Positions 50,223-61,184 of a stretch of DNA of 64,000 nt are shown piece by piece (position 1 is the first letter of the stretch; each line of letters opens with the position of its first letter). The stretch comes from Tubulanus polymorphus. Its lineage: Eukaryota > Animalia > Nemertea. The notes beneath the pieces were generated by a model. It was not told where the DNA came from. It did no database searches and was given only the letters and a program-made list of their open reading frames with translations. The translations under genes were made by a program, and so were the position numbers. The DNA is taken from positions 18,634,150 to 18,698,149 of the forward strand of contig NC_134026.1 of NCBI RefSeq assembly GCF_964204645.1, given 5' to 3'.

Positions 50223-50254
50223 TTATTATATAAATTTTTATTAAAGTTAAAATT

Positions 50255-51505
50255 TTAATACATAACACTATTTAATTGAGAATTTACAATATTTAATTGT
50301 GCGTCAGATATAATATAAATATGCATTTTGAAATTTTTGTCTCCTCTTTTCTTTGTCATGAATAATTGTATTCCATCTTTAGTGTTCTGTAGTTTTTTTC
50401 CAGAACCATGCAATGAATAATCCTCTGTTGTTCTAAAATCTAACCATAATGCATATTTATTACCGGTATAATAATCAATTTGATTAATATTACAATTTTC
50501 AGATGATTTCACTTTTTCATTCATAAAATGTTTTCTAATTTCTGGCCATTGATCTATCATTCTCATTCCTTGACAAAATATTTTATTTGCTATTCCTTCG
50601 ATAGTTATTTCTACTTTTGTTATTTCAGGATTATAATAATTATCAACATTTATTGCGCCATTAGAATATGTTGCAATGGTAAAAAATATTAATATACCTT
50701 TAATAGATCTTCTTGGGAAGTTAATATTCTCATTAATAATTTCATCATTTGCATTAATAGTTACAGTTTTAAATTTATCAATATAATCATATAATAATGA
50801 AAATCCTTGATTGTATTGAGTTTGAATTATACTTGAAATATTTTCATCAGTTACTGTATCATATTCTAAACATATATTCGATAATTTATAACCCATATCT
50901 TTAACAACGCTAGAGTATACAATTTCATTTGCAGGAGCAAATGTTATTTCTAATATAACATCTTCTTGAATTGCGTATTTATATAAAGGTGCATTATTAT
51001 TTATCAATTCAAAGTCTAATGGAATTTTATATTTGCTTCCATATATACTTTTTATCAATTTATCTACAGCATAAGTTAATATTGCATTATGTGCTTCTGA
51101 TCTTAATTTATTTTGGTTTTCTGATTGGATTCCTTGAAATATCATATTATTTCTATTTTCTTTAGTTAACCATAAATCTTTATAATGCATAAATAAATTA
51201 TAATCATCTAATGAGAAAACTGTTTCTGGTCCAATCTTTATAGTTAATTTTTTAATCAAATATCTTCCAACATTATCGACAACATAATTATTATTATTAT
51301 TACCAGTTACTTTTATATTAGCTGATAAATAAATACTATTTGGAACATAAAAAGTATTTTGTGTTAACCGAGGGATTCTAACATATAAAGTTTCATCGGG
51401 ATTAATATGAGAAGGGTTATGAGTAATTATATGATGTGATCTTTCTGCTTTAATAGCATTAGATATTCTAGAATTCTGAGAAGGATTTATGTAACTCCCA
51501 CTCAT
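50255..51505 (-). CDS. Putative major capsid protein (double jelly-roll), intact, 416 aa
   Basis: Size, beta-strand pattern, very high conservation between P1 and P2, and co-occurrence with ATPase and penton. Fold not computed. Confidence 0.78.
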   Translation of the reverse strand: MSGSYINPSQNSRISNAIKAERSHHIITHNPSHINPDETLYVRIPRLTQNTFYVPNSIYLSANIKVTGNNNNNYVVDNVGRYLIKKLTIKIGPETVFSLDDYNLFMHYKDLWLTKENRNNMIFQGIQSENQNKLRSEAHNAILTYAVDKLIKSIYGSKYKIPLDFELINNNAPLYKYAIQEDVILEITFAPANEIVYSSVVKDMGYKLSNICLEYDTVTDENISSIIQTQYNQGFSLLYDYIDKFKTVTINANDEIINENINFPRRSIKGILIFFTIATYSNGAINVDNYYNPEITKVEITIEGIANKIFCQGMRMIDQWPEIRKHFMNEKVKSSENCNINQIDYYTGNKYALWLDFRTTEDYSLHGSGKKLQNTKDGIQLFMTKKRGDKNFKMHIYIISDAQLNIVNSQLNSVMY

Positions 51506-51525
51506 TTATTTAACAAAAAAAATAA

Positions 51526-53107
51526 TTATTCATTTTTGATTATGTTTACTAACCCAAAAATAATAGCACTTACAACTGTAATTAAAAATAAAATGATATG
51601 TTCAGCAGCAAAGTTAAGAATATTACCTGCAGATTTCAATATAAAACCAACAATTGATGCAATAATTCCTGGTAAAGCTGCAGCAGATTTTTTAGATAGT
51701 TCCCATACATATTTTGCTAATTTTTTTGAACCATCTTTAACTTTATCTTGTATTGAATTATTATCTGGGGGTTTATCCGGTTTATTGGGAGTAGGAGTAG
51801 ATTTCAAAGAATTTGATATAGCTAAACCAATTGTTGTAAATACCATAGTTACAGATGTTACAATTGAAAGAATTGTTATACCTTCTAACTTAAATAATAA
51901 TCTTATTCTATCTTTTAATGATATTTTAGAATCTGGTTTAATTATTAAATCTTTAAAAATAACTTTTAATTTTTTAATATGATTAAGATCATATGATTTT
52001 AATGATATATCTCTTTCTTTTTCCTGTAATTCTTTGTTATATTTTAAATCATCTATTTATTTTTCTAAAGCTAACTTTCTGCTTTCATAATCAGCTTCGT
52101 CTATTACTTGAAGATCTCTATTTAATTCTAATTGTTTTAATTCTTCATTTGCATTAGTTAAAATCTTTTTCTAACATGGTTATTTTAGAAAATCTCATCT
52201 TAATATTAGCAATTTCACCAGCTGATTCTTGCATACCTTTAATTTCTCTACGTGCTTGTTCAGGAAATGCTTCTAATTCATCATCAGTTAAATCAAGTAA
52301 TCCTTTTTCTAGTAAAGATTGTATTCGATTTATTCCAGTTTCAGTACCGGGTGTATCTAAAATACTATTCATATCTTCGTCAAATGAATGAACTGTATCA
52401 AACATTTTATCATAATGTTTCACTAATTCTAATTGATTTGAATCATTATCAATTGGTTGAGTGTCTCTTCTCGATGTTTCTGGTGTTGAAGATCTTAATT
52501 TATCTAATCGTTCTCCATACTCTTCCATTTCTTGATGGTTTCAAATAAGTAATTAATTCTTTTTTTAAATGCTCTTTCATATTCATTAATTTCTCCTTGT
52601 GTTACATTTTCTATTTCATTATTAATACTTATTTTTTTAATTCTAGATGGGTCTAACTTAAACAAAGTTGATTTTGTTAATATTTTGCTTTGTTTTTTAT
52701 AAGAGATATCAATATAATAATCTTTTCCCAAATGATAATCTTTTTTTAAATGATAATAATATTCACCATTTTAAATTTTGTACTAAAAGTCTGACGCCTC
52801 TATCATTTAAATTATATCCAGAATTTTTAAATATATGTTTTAATTTATACATTTGGTTTGTATATTCTAAATCTTGTCTTTCTAAATCTGGATTTAAATT
52901 TTCAGATTTTATTCTAGATTTAGTTCTTCTATCATATTCCTCTGTTGATGGGGCTTTAGTACCACTATCTGTTAAATTAGAATTATATGCTGATTCATCA
53001 TCATTATCAATATTAGTTTCTTCATCATTATAATCAGGTTGTGGTTCTTCAGATGTGCAGGGTTCACTAAAAGTACCCATTTCATAATCTTCTCCACCTT
53101 CTTCCAT
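51526..53107 (-). pseudogene. Acidic/coiled-coil/multi-TM protein, fragmented
   Basis: ORFs 52763-53107, 52504-52731, 52154-52528 and 51526-51846; ortholog 19671-21110. Confidence 0.7.
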
Positions 53108-53129
53108 TTACATAATAAAAAAATTAAAA

Positions 53130-54419
53130 TTAAAAATATAATATTCCTCCGATTACAATTCCTATACAAGTTAAAGCTAATTTAGCATTTTCATGGGATT
53201 TATTATCATTATCAGTTTTAATTATATCATGTTGAATATTATCAGTTTTAATATTTTCTGATGTATTGTAATCTCTTATTTTAGAATCATTATTTAATTT
53301 AATATTATTAGTTTTAGTTTCTGTTGATTGAATATGTTTTTTATTTTTTTCACCTTCCATTAATTTTGGAGCAGTGATAACCTTTTTATTTATATCATTC
53401 AATCCAAATGAATTATTTATTGTTGCAGTTTTAATTAGATTATTATAACCAATTATGTTTCCCATCTTTAATACTAAATCATTAGAAATAATGAATAGAT
53501 TAGGGCCTATACAATAATTTAATCTAATATGTGATTTATCTAAATAATTTTGATATCTTACTATGTTTTCTGGAATCGATCTATTTTTATCATTATGAAT
53601 GGAATCTTCAAAAAATACTTTAAATTGTTTCTGCGCATCGAATGAAGTGTTATCATTTCCAATTATTGGGGATCTTGTTTCAACTTGCGCACCTAAAATA
53701 CATATCAAATAAGTTCTAATAGATTGATTTATTCTTTGTATACCTGATTTTGTAAAACCTTCACTATTTTCTAAAATGAAATTAATCCAACCATTATTAT
53801 TATCAATTTTATAATTATGATAAGATCCAATTCTATGCAAATAATCAATTCTTTTTATTTCATACTCTTCACCAACACCTTGCAATTTACCATGCGCTCT
53901 AAAATTGGAATTAATATTTATATTAAATTCATTACATATTTTATAAAACTTAGATAGATAAATATTATCGTCCAATTCTTTAAAATATTTAGATCCAGGA
54001 CATTCTAATTCATTTAATATTATTCCGATTTGAAAATATGTGTGAAATCTAAATATTGTGTGAATTAATTTTAAATCAGAATATTTCAAATTTTTATCTA
54101 AGTTATTTTAATGATCATTCAGACTTATACCACAACCAGTTGTTGCACAATAAACAGCAAAATTTACTTGGTTCTGCCAATATTTCATATTAGATTTTAC
54201 TTTATATATATGATATTCATCTCGAGTAAAAGTAACTTCATATGTATTAAATATATTTTCCATTTTAGAAATAAAAAACTGTGATTCAGTAACATAAATT
54301 TCTAAATTAGTTAATGAATTTAAAACTAAATTTTTATATGTAATATTTTTTTTTTAATCTATTGCAGGAATATTATATTTAATTGATTTATTATATTGGA
54401 AAGCTTTTGGAAACCCCAT
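53130..54419 (-). pseudogene. Conserved protein with CATTGCG motif and C-terminal TM anchor; N-terminal part disrupted
   Basis: ORF 53130-54089 plus upstream frame to the ATG at 54419; ortholog 21127-22432. Confidence 0.75.
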
Positions 54420-54435
54420 TTATATAATTAAACAA

Positions 54436-54870
54436 TTAATAATTAACTAATTCTTTTAATAATTTATCTTGTTCTTCAACTGTAATATGACCATTTAAAC
54501 TTATTATATAATCTAGTGTATTCTTTAATTTATTAATTTCTTTTATATTAGTTTTAATTTTTTCTTTATTACTTTTTATATTCAATTTTGAACTTATACC
54601 AGTTAAAACACTTGATGATAATCCTAACACACCAATTGATATAGCTAAAGGTGTTAATGGTGAAAATATTGCTAAAAATGTTATTACAGAACTAATTGTA
54701 ACCGAACCACTGATAATAAGATAATATATAATTTTACTTTTTAAATATTTTTTCTTTTTAACTTTTAAATCATTTTCAAATTCTAATATTTGTGTTTCTA
54801 AATATATTTTTAATTTAGTTTTATTTATATCATGAGGAATAATATCAATATTATCAACTTTATCATCCAT
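54436..54870 (-). CDS. Coiled-coil / two-TM hairpin / coiled-coil membrane protein
   Basis: Intact ORF with a ~45-aa hydrophobic core. Confidence 0.75.
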   Translation of the reverse strand: MDDKVDNIDIIPHDINKTKLKIYLETQILEFENDLKVKKKKYLKSKIIYYLIISGSVTISSVITFLAIFSPLTPLAISIGVLGLSSSVLTGISSKLNIKSNKEKIKTNIKEINKLKNTLDYIISLNGHITVEEQDKLLKELVNY

Positions 54871-54889
54871 TTATTTAACAAAAAAATTA

Positions 54890-55312
54890 CTAATTAGTAA
54901 ATCTATACGCTACAAATATAACAATAACTGTTTCCCCTAAAATCCAAATTATTTCATATTTCTGTTGTTCTTTACTTGGGGTATAATAATCTGATATTGT
55001 AGGTTTATGTAGATGTAATTTTTCTTTATTGGTTACCGCGTTATATAAACTCATTGCATCATCAACTGATTGAAAATCTCTATGAGAAATCTTCTGATTA
55101 TATAATTCCTTGTTAATATAATCCATATAGTTTTGTCTTTTTTCTCTATATTCTTCTGCTGCTTTATTGTATTTCTCTAACGCTAAGTTATGTCTTTTTT
55201 GTTCTGTTAATGATCCATTTTTATCAATTTGCTTAAATAAATATCCACCACCAGTAAATGCTAAAGCGTTAACAATTGCCGATCCTATAATAGTTATAAC
55301 TACAGAAGCCAT
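54890..55312 (-). CDS. Small protein with hydrophobic N- and C-termini
   Basis: Intact ORF (IIGSAIVNALAFTGGGYLF ... IIWILGETVIVIFVAY); conserved in P1. Confidence 0.75.
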   Translation of the reverse strand: MASVVITIIGSAIVNALAFTGGGYLFKQIDKNGSLTEQKRHNLALEKYNKAAEEYREKRQNYMDYINKELYNQKISHRDFQSVDDAMSLYNAVTNKEKLHLHKPTISDYYTPSKEQQKYEIIWILGETVIVIFVAYRFTN

Positions 55313-55336
55313 TTATTTAGTAAAATAATTACGCAT

Positions 55337-55558
55337 TTATATAGGAGGAATATATTTCTGTTTTTCCAAATAATCAATAGTTAAATTAGATAAAGTAACT
55401 GCTAATGTTAATTTTAAAATATCATTTATATCAAATCTATCAACATTAACACTTCCCATTTTAAATACTTTTTTTAATACCATTGAATAACCAACAGTTC
55501 CAACTGATAGTAAGGCTCCATTATATAAACCAGTTATTATCCACTTATTATCACTCAT
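55337..55558 (-). CDS. 73-aa hydrophobic protein
   Basis: Intact ORF, conserved in P1 at 23345-23565. Confidence 0.7.
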   Translation of the reverse strand: MSDNKWIITGLYNGALLSVGTVGYSMVLKKVFKMGSVNVDRFDINDILKLTLAVTLSNLTIDYLEKQKYIPPI

Positions 55559-55655
55559 TCATTTATCAAAAAAATCACCATCTTCAAAATATTTAGTTAT
55601 TTTAGTGATGATTAATTCAACATTTATAGTATTATTAGTTTCATTTGTATATATT

Positions 55656-55916
55656 TCAATTATTATTTTTTTTAATATCATCGATGATAAAATCTTCATC
55701 TAATTCATAAAATCTTAAAGATTCTCTAATTAAATTTGTAATCTTTTCTTCATTTAAAGTTTCTTTATATATTGTTGTTTCATACTCAAATGTTGTTTCA
55801 TTAGAAAATGCAATATCTTTAATATGTGTTAATACATCAGTAATGTTAAATTTCATTTCTTTCTCACGTTTAAAATCAAATCCAAAACATATACTCGGTC
55901 CAACAGTTATATTCAT
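55656..55916 (-). CDS. Hypothetical protein (possibly truncated by a frameshift)
   Basis: Ortholog of 23723-23923. Confidence 0.6.
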   Translation of the reverse strand: MNITVGPSICFGFDFKREKEMKFNITDVLTHIKDIAFSNETTFEYETTIYKETLNEEKITNLIRESLRFYELDEDFIIDDIKKNNN

Positions 55917-55935
55917 TTATATAATGAAAAAATTA

Positions 55936-56693
55936 CTATTTACATCTTATAACTAATTCATAAATTACAGGAAAGTTATTCAAATCAATTAAATATCCAT
56001 TATGATTTCTTATTTCTAATTTAAAATTATTAAATTGAGGAATACAAGGTTTAAAATCACATTCAGCTAAATTATAATTTATTTGCGTTCCAAATTGTTT
56101 AACATTCTTCAATGGTAAAATATTTAATATACTAGAATTACATGTTGTATCTTTAGTTGCTTCAAATGTTTTTGTATGATCAATTAAATTGCAATAAATA
56201 TAAAAGTGTGTAAAAGGTATTATATTTGAAATGCCTTCTACGTTTCCTGTAACAACATCTGGTGCAATTCCTAGCAATTTAGCTAATGGTTTTTTTACTA
56301 TGAATACATTTCATGACTTTCATCAAATACCTTTATTTTAATTTTATTTGTGCTATCACTTTTTATAAATCTAATTAAAAATTTATCATCTTTTCTAATT
56401 TTCAACCGTGCTCTTCGATTGATTTCTTGAGATAATGTTTCTAAATTATATAATCCTGGTTTTGAAATTAGATGAAACCATTTATTTACATTTCTAATAT
56501 GAATTAAAAAAGTATTATGTTCAATAGTTTTATTCGATATATTGTAAAAAGAATTACATAAACTTATATTAACTAATTTTAAATCAACCCAATTTTTATA
56601 TTCCCTATCTAATTGAACTAATAAATTATGTGATTTATAATTTGTAAGTCTTCTTGAATCAACAAATATTCTATATTCTTTTAATTCTACCAT
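55936..56693 (-). pseudogene. P2 putative minor capsid (penton) protein, split near 56295
   Basis: ORFs 56298-56693 and 55936-56277; NSFYNI, PGLYN, YIYCNLI and IRNHNGYLIDLNN. Confidence 0.72.
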
Positions 56694-56710
56694 TTATTTT
56701 ACATATTTTC

Positions 56711-57064
56711 TTATTCGAAATCTATTTCATGGTGCCCTTTTTCATTCTTACCCTTATATACGAAATAGAAATCACCTGAACATAATTCTTCTAGATGTTC
56801 ACTTGATAATCTATGAAATCTATCTGGTAAATATGTTCTGAATTTATTTGTATTTTCTTTTAATCCTTCATATTCTAAGTGAATAACTAATTTATCTCCA
56901 TATTTGTTAGTAACTGTAACAATATCTGTAATTAGATATTTCTTATGGATTGTTAATTCTTTTAACTTCTTAAATTTATAATCTACTGATTTGACATTTG
57001 AAGTATCTTTTATTCTATCTAGAAATAATTTGTTGTTCTCACTGTGTGCTTGTTTACTCTCCAT
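56711..57064 (-). CDS. Small protein downstream of PolB, possible OB-fold ssDNA-binding protein
   Basis: Intact 117-aa ORF with TNKYG..LVIHL and YLPDRF; function inferred from beta pattern and position. Confidence 0.55.
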   Translation of the reverse strand: MESKQAHSENNKLFLDRIKDTSNVKSVDYKFKKLKELTIHKKYLITDIVTVTNKYGDKLVIHLEYEGLKENTNKFRTYLPDRFHRLSSEHLEELCSGDFYFVYKGKNEKGHHEIDFE

Positions 57065-58343
57065 TTTAATAACATATTTTTATTAAAATTTGATTAACAC
57101 GTTAGAATTCTTTTCATTATCTCGTTCTCTTTTGTTTCTTCTCTTTTAAATTTTAAGTATTCATCTAAATTGCAACCATATGCAACTGTATGAATTCCAT
57201 CATCTAAAATATATCTTTTATCATCAAATGGGTTTAGACTTATCTTTTCAATTTCTTCAATAAACATTTCATGATCTTCAGATCTTAAACATTTCATCTT
57301 ATGTTTTCTAACTTCTTCATTGAATATACAATTGATGTAATCTTTGAAATGAATATTCTTTTCTACTACACTTTTGGTAATTCCTTTTAACTTTTTAGCT
57401 TCATGTTCTTTAGTTTTATATGAATACATTTTAGATCTAATACCAATGAATTCAATCATTTCTTCACCACCTAATTCATCCTTAAACTTCCCGGGTCGCT
57501 TTTTATTATCATTGCTAAACAATTCATGATTTTTAGGATAGTTACTAAAATCAAAATGATGTTTTAATGTTTTTAAATCATCAGTTATGTTATTAGTTTT
57601 TATCTTAAATATGTAACTGTCAGTATTTTTTATGATTGATGGAAATCCACGATTAAATGTACCATCTTCAGTTGTTAAATCATAAACATATTCTGTAGGA
57701 TTCGATATTTCAAATAAATCTCTAGCTTCTTTAGTTAGTTCATTTTCTACATGCGTTAATTGCTTAAATTTATAATCTACTGATTTGACATTTGAAGTAT
57801 CTTTTATTCTATCTAGAAATAATTTGTTGTTCTCACTGTGTGCTTGTTTACTCTCCATTTTAATAACATATTTTTATTAAAATTTGATTAACACGTTAGA
57901 ATTCTTTTCATTATCTCGTTCTCTTTTGTTTCTTCTCTTTTAAATTTTAAGTATTCATCTAAATTGCAACCATATGCAACTGTATGAATTCCATCATCTA
58001 AAATATATCTTTTATCATCAAATGGGTTTAGACTTATCTTTTCAATTTCTTCAATAAACATTTCATGATCTTCAGGTCGCTTTTTATTATCATTGCTAAA
58101 CAATTCATGATTTTTAGGATAGTTACTAAAATCAAAATGATGTTTTAATGTTTTTAAATCATCAGTTATGTTATTAGTTTTTATCTTAAATATGTAACTG
58201 TCAGTATTTTTTATGATTGATGGAAATCCACGATTAAATGTACCATCTTCAGTTGTTAAATCATAAACATATTCTGTAGGATTCGATATTTCAAATAAAT
58301 CTCTAGCTTCTTTAGTTAGTTCATTTTCTACATGCGTTAATTG
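56969..58343. repeat. Tandem duplication: unit 1 56969-57762 (794 bp), unit 2 57763-58343 (581 bp, in-frame 213-bp deletion)
   Basis: Junction ATGCGTTAATTG|CTTAAATTTATAATC at 57762/57763. Unit 2 lacks 71 PolB codons (GKFKDE...KCLRS). Confidence 0.92.
57094..57858 (-). CDS. Chimeric ORF: 32-aa leader from the neighbouring gene + intein C-terminal ~46 aa + complete PolB C-extein
   Basis: MESKQ...DYKFK|QLTHVEN...YVYDLTTEDGTF...IIKN|TDSY...; open and in frame. Confidence 0.75.
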   Translation of the reverse strand: MESKQAHSENNKLFLDRIKDTSNVKSVDYKFKQLTHVENELTKEARDLFEISNPTEYVYDLTTEDGTFNRGFPSIIKNTDSYIFKIKTNNITDDLKTLKHHFDFSNYPKNHELFSNDNKKRPGKFKDELGGEEMIEFIGIRSKMYSYKTKEHEAKKLKGITKSVVEKNIHFKDYINCIFNEEVRKHKMKCLRSEDHEMFIEEIEKISLNPFDDKRYILDDGIHTVAYGCNLDEYLKFKREETKENEIMKRILTC

Positions 58344-61184
58344 AAATACATTTAGTTTATCTTTTCTAATATTAACTAACATATTAAATCCTAATGAATT
58401 GCATAATGTATTTAATCCTGATATAGCAACTTTTCCTTTTTGTGTCAAAGATATAGTTTTCTGTTTTGTATAGTTTTTTGAACCATCTGCAGCATAAAAT
58501 CCAATGAAGAACCATTTTCTTAAATCATATTTTGCATTTAATACATAATCTGGAACTATCTTTTCTTTTGTTGAAGTATTACTTTTCACTATTGTATGAA
58601 TATAGAATTCATCATTATATTTAATTGCAAAATCTTTAGGGTTAATTACATGTATTCTATAAACTGCTGATGATTTCATAACATCCATGATTCTAAATGT
58701 TTTATGTGAATAAACTTCTTCACAGTATTTCTTAATTCTTTCTAATAATTTCAAATCTTGATTGCATAAATACCAACAATATTTAGTTCCACTAACATAT
58801 TTATACACACCTGCTGAACCATCACCCATAAAAAATCCTTTGATAAAATATTCTTTTTCTTCCAATGTTTCGGATTCTATATTATAAACATTATCAATTA
58901 TTTTATCAAATGACATATGATTCATTCTTGGGTAAAATCTTTTATGTAATAATTCATCTCCAATTTTTATATCAGTTGGTTTTATTTCATCACCATTTTG
59001 TTTAATTAAACTATGATCTTCAGTAACATCAACAAATCCTAATTTAGTTCTAACTCTATAGATTTTCTTATTCGTTTTATGTCTAATTATATTCTTTAAT
59101 TTTTTCCATCCACTTTTTGTCCAAACATCCATTAATCCATTTATTTGTATTAATTCTTTTTCACCATACGAAATATAAAGTTCATTTTGTTTTGGAATTA
59201 TTTCTGAAATTCTTCTAATTAACATTTAGTTATTGTATTTTAAAAATATTGGTCAGCTGTAACAGAATCAAAATATAAGATTTCTATATGTTTTTCTCCA
59301 AAATGAGGTTTTAATACATTATAATAGAATTCATACATTAATAACTTTGATATTTCTAAAACTGAAGCACCAACATAAATTGGTTTATTAAATTTCATTG
59401 ATGTTCTTCTCATTTTAACTGCGGCTAAATTTTCATCAAATATTCTGTTACCTAAAAACTTAGGATATGATTGTCAATGCCTTATCCTTTTGCCATTACT
59501 TACTAACTCAATATCATTTCTATTTCTAATATTTTCACTAGTCTTACCATAGAATGCATTATTCATTAACTTGAAGAAATCTTTCTCGAAATCAGGGTTA
59601 GCTTCAGTTCTATGTTTGTGTTAAAATCTATATATTTTTCTAACCATTTAGATTGACTAAATGAAATATATCTATGTACTTTTTTTAGAACCATTCCTTG
59701 GTTCAAATAAAACTTCAACATTCTATAATGTACTAACATAATTATATTTATCTTCCTGAGTTACCATTAACTTTTCTGTATGAATATGATTTTCGGGTTT
59801 AATTCTTTTTTGATAATTTGATAATTCTTCATGTGTTACAGTTTTATGTTCGGGACAGTATGCTAGATTTCTAGATTTAAATTTAATATGTTCAGGATAT
59901 TCTAAATCTACAACAAAGAAGTAACCAGTATCTGAATCATCTGCAATATCTAGGATTCTTTTCTTCCAATCAAATTTATCATTATTTTCATGTTGTAAAA
60001 CTTCACTTATTTCAAATACTCCATAAGGTTGTGGTTCCATCATTGCCCAACGATACAAATTATTTGCATCTATATATAATAACTTATATCCAGGGTTATC
60101 ATTTACATTGAAATATCTATCACCTAATACACCTGAAACTCCTCCTCTTATAGATTTTTCAAATAATAATAATTGATCTATATTTGTTAACAAATCCATT
60201 TTTATATCTGTAAATTTTAAACCACAATCCCATGTTAATCCTGGGCTAGAATAACAATGACAAGGATCAATATTGAAATATTTTAGGTTTACATCTCTAA
60301 ACCTTTCGAATATATCCGATAATAATAATACATCTGATTTTAAATATAAATCTACTAATTGTCCATGATTTTTCATTCCAAAATGATTCCAAATATTCAA
60401 TGTTCTATTATATACTTCATCTTTAACATATTCATTTTTTAATTCATCATAGAATTGTTCTTTCAATAATTCAGTTATATTGAAATCATTATGATTTTTA
60501 TAGAAAGAATATGGAATTGCACCTTTATATCTCATTAATTGGAATTCATCATTATTTGTGTAGTATTGTTTTAATATTCTTAATTCATCATCAACTAATG
60601 ATTTTGATAAGTTATCTAATGAACTATTTAAAAATCCATATGAATCTATAAATCTTAGGCAACCAAATTGGAATGATATATAATTCTCAGATGTTCTAGC
60701 TAACATTTTAAATTTATAAGTTGGTATTTTATCTTTTGATCTATTTGAATTTAATCTTTCTATTTCATTATTAATTTCTTCTATTTTATGGCATAACTGT
60801 TTGGATAAATAAATGTGCATCATATCCTGATAGATTATGAAATATAACTGGTACAAAGTTAATTTTCTTAGCTTGTAAATTCAATTCTCATGTGCAGCGC
60901 CTCTAAACTTTCCGTTCAAATGATCATGGTCTCTTACTTTTTTATCTTTATAATTAAATATCTTTTCACAATAATAACATTTATCTGCAAACTCAAATGC
61001 TTCTTTATCTTCTTCTGTCATTATAATTTCTATATTTTCATTTAACTTTTCATTAAATTTTATTTCATATTCAATTAATAAGTCACAAAAATGATTGATA
61101 ACATTTTCATTTCTATAATGATAATATTCACTTTTAATTAGTTCTGGATAATCAGATTTAATATATAATCCAAAAGCTGCAGCT
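57888..61184 (-). pseudogene. P2 protein-primed PolB with intein; 5' ~1.6 kb of coding sequence deleted, frameshifted
   Basis: ORFs 60881-61189, 59723-60856 and 57888-59225 are colinear with P1 PolB apart from the intein insert. Confidence 0.93.
58206..59266 (-). mobile_element. Intein with LAGLIDADG (DOD) homing endonuclease in PolB motif C (YFD^TDS)
   Basis: 1061-bp insert absent from P1. Starts SVTAD; block B VTEDH; blocks C/E GFFMGDGS and GFYAADGS; block F YVYDLTT; ends IIKN followed by Thr+1. Confidence 0.95.
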
